Source: Callorhinchus milii
Lineage: Eukaryota
Assembly: GCF_018977255.1 (NCBI RefSeq)
Contig: NW_024704742.1
Coordinates: 125,056,001 to 125,120,000, forward strand
Length of the DNA: 64,000 nt
Direction of reading: 5' to 3'
The position numbers were made by a program, and so were the translations under genes. The number at the start of each line of letters is the position of its first letter. The stretch's first letter is position 1. Shown piece by piece: positions 61,495-64,000 of the stretch. Below the pieces are notes generated by a model, which was not told where the DNA came from, ran no database searches, and worked only from the letters and a program-made list of their open reading frames with translations.

Positions 61495-61615
61495 GGCAAA
61501 ATACTGCAGATGCTAGAAATATGAAATAAAAACAGAAATTCCTGGGAACACTCAACAGGCCAGGCAGAATCTATGGAGAGAGGAAAGTGGGTTAGCATTT
61601 CAGGTCGATGACCTT
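61495..61615 (-). mobile_element. Older Penelope-like copy, hammerhead decayed and truncated
   Basis: AAATACTGCAGATGCTAGAAAT...CAGGCAGAATCTATGGAGAG...TTTCAGGTCGATGACCTT is collinear with 45215-45335. Confidence 0.7.
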
Positions 61616-61892
61616 GGGATATTGCTGTGTGCAATTGTGTTGTTGTGTTGCCTACAAATACACAGTAACTCCATTTCACAGTAAATCCTGTAAAGCACTT
61701 TGAGATGTCCTTCTGACGTGAAAGGCACTATACAAAACACATGCCTTATTATTATTATTATTTTAGGAAAGTAAAGACCGAATTCAACAATTTGCCAAAT
61801 TATGTGTGCCTTGAAATGTTATATAAACATAAGCCTTGTGGTAATCTGGATTTATTCATATAGATCAAAGTCTTTAAATTTTGCACTAGATT

Positions 61893-62070
61893 TACATAAG
61901 AACATAAGAAATGCTGGGCGAAAAAAGACTAAGGTCCATCTAGTTCGTCTTCCACCTTCCTGGCAGTCGCATGCACTTATGTGGCAAACTATCTATGTAT
62001 TGTATCCCATAATGTTATTTCCTAAAAGAAAACTATTTAATCTGTGTTTGAAAGAATCAACACTTCATTT
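61893..62070 (-). mobile_element. CR1 3' end
   Basis: ACATAAGAACATAAGAA terminal repeat and a UTR matching 13320-13360 plus 14926-14960. Confidence 0.8.
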
Positions 62071-63074
62071 GTTTCATTGTTGAAAGGTCTAATGATTACT
62101 AAGCAGATAACCTGTACTACAGAAAACAATGAAATAGTATAAGAAGTTTTTAGATATGCCAGTTTATTATGCTTTTACATTACCCTTTCATTCATGTAAA
62201 ACCCCACCACACCCACACATTCACATCGCTATTTTCCATTACTAGGATTAAATGACAAATTATGTTAAAAACATTCCAAAGCACCTGTTAATGAATGGTT
62301 TCAGTTACGTCAAGTGATCCTTTTTCACACACACTGAAATAGGTCAAAATTGTAGTAAAGTCTATTTTCATATTATTGAAGATCCTTCAGTAACAGAAAA
62401 TCCATTCAAGATTACACATTTGATTGTTAAGCTAAGTTTTTTTTAAGTACTGAACACTAAACAGTGCCAGTTTCTACTTTGATTCATGTGGATAAAATCA
62501 AACAGAATTTAGGTCACGTTTATCTGATTGAATTGCAAATCAGCACCTTGTTCAAGAAGCATTCATATGGTGGGATATATTTGCATTGTAAGCTTTGTTT
62601 GTACAGTCAGTCAATCCTCTGTATAACCACATTAGTCCTTGGTCTAAAACAAAATGCAACATATAATTGAGAGAATAACAATTCACCAGAATTGAAACCA
62701 TTCGCCTTTCTAGGATGTTGTCGTTCAGAAGGGAAACAATTTAACCCACTCAATGAGTGACCTGAAATGAAACTGACGACCTTTTCTGCAATTTACACAG
62801 GCCACATACAACATGTGAAGTACCCAACAATGTGTATACACATCTCCTAACCACTTTGCAAATGTAGCAAACAGCAGTTTCAAAAAGTGTCCTGTTCCTT
62901 TGTTGCTTCCCTGTGTCAGCACTATGTAAATACAGAGGCTGGAGAACTGAAGTAAGATGAATTGGATTACACTGATCCAAATTTGATTTGCTTACACTGC
63001 ACGGAGCTGTATCCACAGCAATCTCTAGTTTTTTTTTAAATTTGATTCTCATTGTTGGATTATTTATACAATAA

Positions 63075-63395
63075 AATAATAATCCTTGCATTTGATAGAG
63101 CTCCTTTTCAAGTCAGGAGTATGTAGTGACTGTGTTTGTAAGAGATTGTGGCTGCCAATTTGTACCCGGTCTTTGACTCACTGCTTAAAGTGAAGGGCAC
63201 TACAAAAAATAAGTTGTTGTAGCAATGTCCCAGAAACAGCCATGAAGTGAATGACCAATCTATCTGGGGATTTGTTGGCCAGGACATCATGAAAAATTTC
63301 ATTCCCTTTTCAACTAGTGCTTTGGGTTCTTTAACATCCACCCGAACAGGCAGATAGCAACTCATTTTAATGTCTCATCCAAAGGACGACATGTC
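63075..63395 (-). mobile_element. Deu-domain SINE
   Basis: Tail, CAGCCATGAAGTGAATGACCAA, TTGGCCAGGACA and CTTTAACATCCACCCGAACAGGCAGA. Confidence 0.8.
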
Positions 63396-64000
63396 CATCC
63401 CACGCTTGTCGGACTCAAAAAAACAGATCTTTGTTTTGTACGTTTGTTTGATAGATAGTAGTTCCTCTTGTATTGATTGACAACTCCCATTGTGCAAGGA
63501 TCATTCCACCTAAGCACTCCGGGACACTACCCTATGTGAGGGACTCTATATAAATGCAAGTTGTTGTAATTGTTATGAGGGCTCAAATTCATGCTTGTTG
63601 AATGTCACACTGGAGCATCATAGTAGACAATCTGAGTTGGAAGTACAGTAGAGATCTTTGAACCTACAACCTCTGACTCACAGGTGAGAGTGATACCAAT
63701 TGAGCAGGCTGACATACTTGAACGTAATTTTGTATATAAAGAGTATTTTAAGATGTAATTATAATTGAATTGAATCCAGCGCCTTGTACGTCCTCTCTAC
63801 ATGAAAGGCACTATACAAATGTAATTTGTTGTTGTTGAATTCTATTCTAGCCTTGATCCTAAAAAATCTATAAAGGAAGTTTTGAGTCAATTGTCCTAAG
63901 CCTGTTAATATCTCTTTATTGGAATTGAAGAAATTGGAAGAATAGTTTAGGTTATAGCAAGGCCAGCTTGTAACCTTTATTAGCCATTCACTGAGAAACC

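Noticed and set aside
1..64000. The many 60-130 aa ORFs in the supplied track as genes
   Set aside because: Most start at TTG/GTG, overlap repeats or are antisense to LINE ORFs. Their lengths are consistent with chance and none resembles a protein I recognise.

Overview
This is AT-rich, repeat-dense eukaryotic DNA with no recognisable host protein-coding exon, so it is probably a long intron or intergenic region. The repeats point to a cartilaginous fish, most likely a holocephalan such as Callorhinchus milii; this is inferred from remembered consensus motifs, not a database search. They include L2 and CR1 LINE fragments, many Deu-domain SINEs of the SacSINE1/AmnSINE1 type, tRNA-headed SINEs and an LF-SINE-like copy. 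All long ORFs are decayed LINE sequence. The most notable items are: (1) short Penelope-like insertions carrying a minimal hammerhead ribozyme core, with 14-15 bp target-site duplications (TSDs); (2) a fossil R4/Dong-clade retrotransposon with a restriction-like endonuclease; (3) a four-copy, 5'-truncated non-LTR family I cannot name (RTEX-like zinc knuckle), one copy with a fold-back inverted duplication at its 5' junction; (4) a non-autonomous Helitron-like element with a minisatellite; (5) compensatory base changes in the 3' stem-loop shared by L2s and SINEs; and (6) weak exon and enhancer candidates. I do not see a convincing wholly new biological system. Repeat boundaries are approximate unless a TSD is given.
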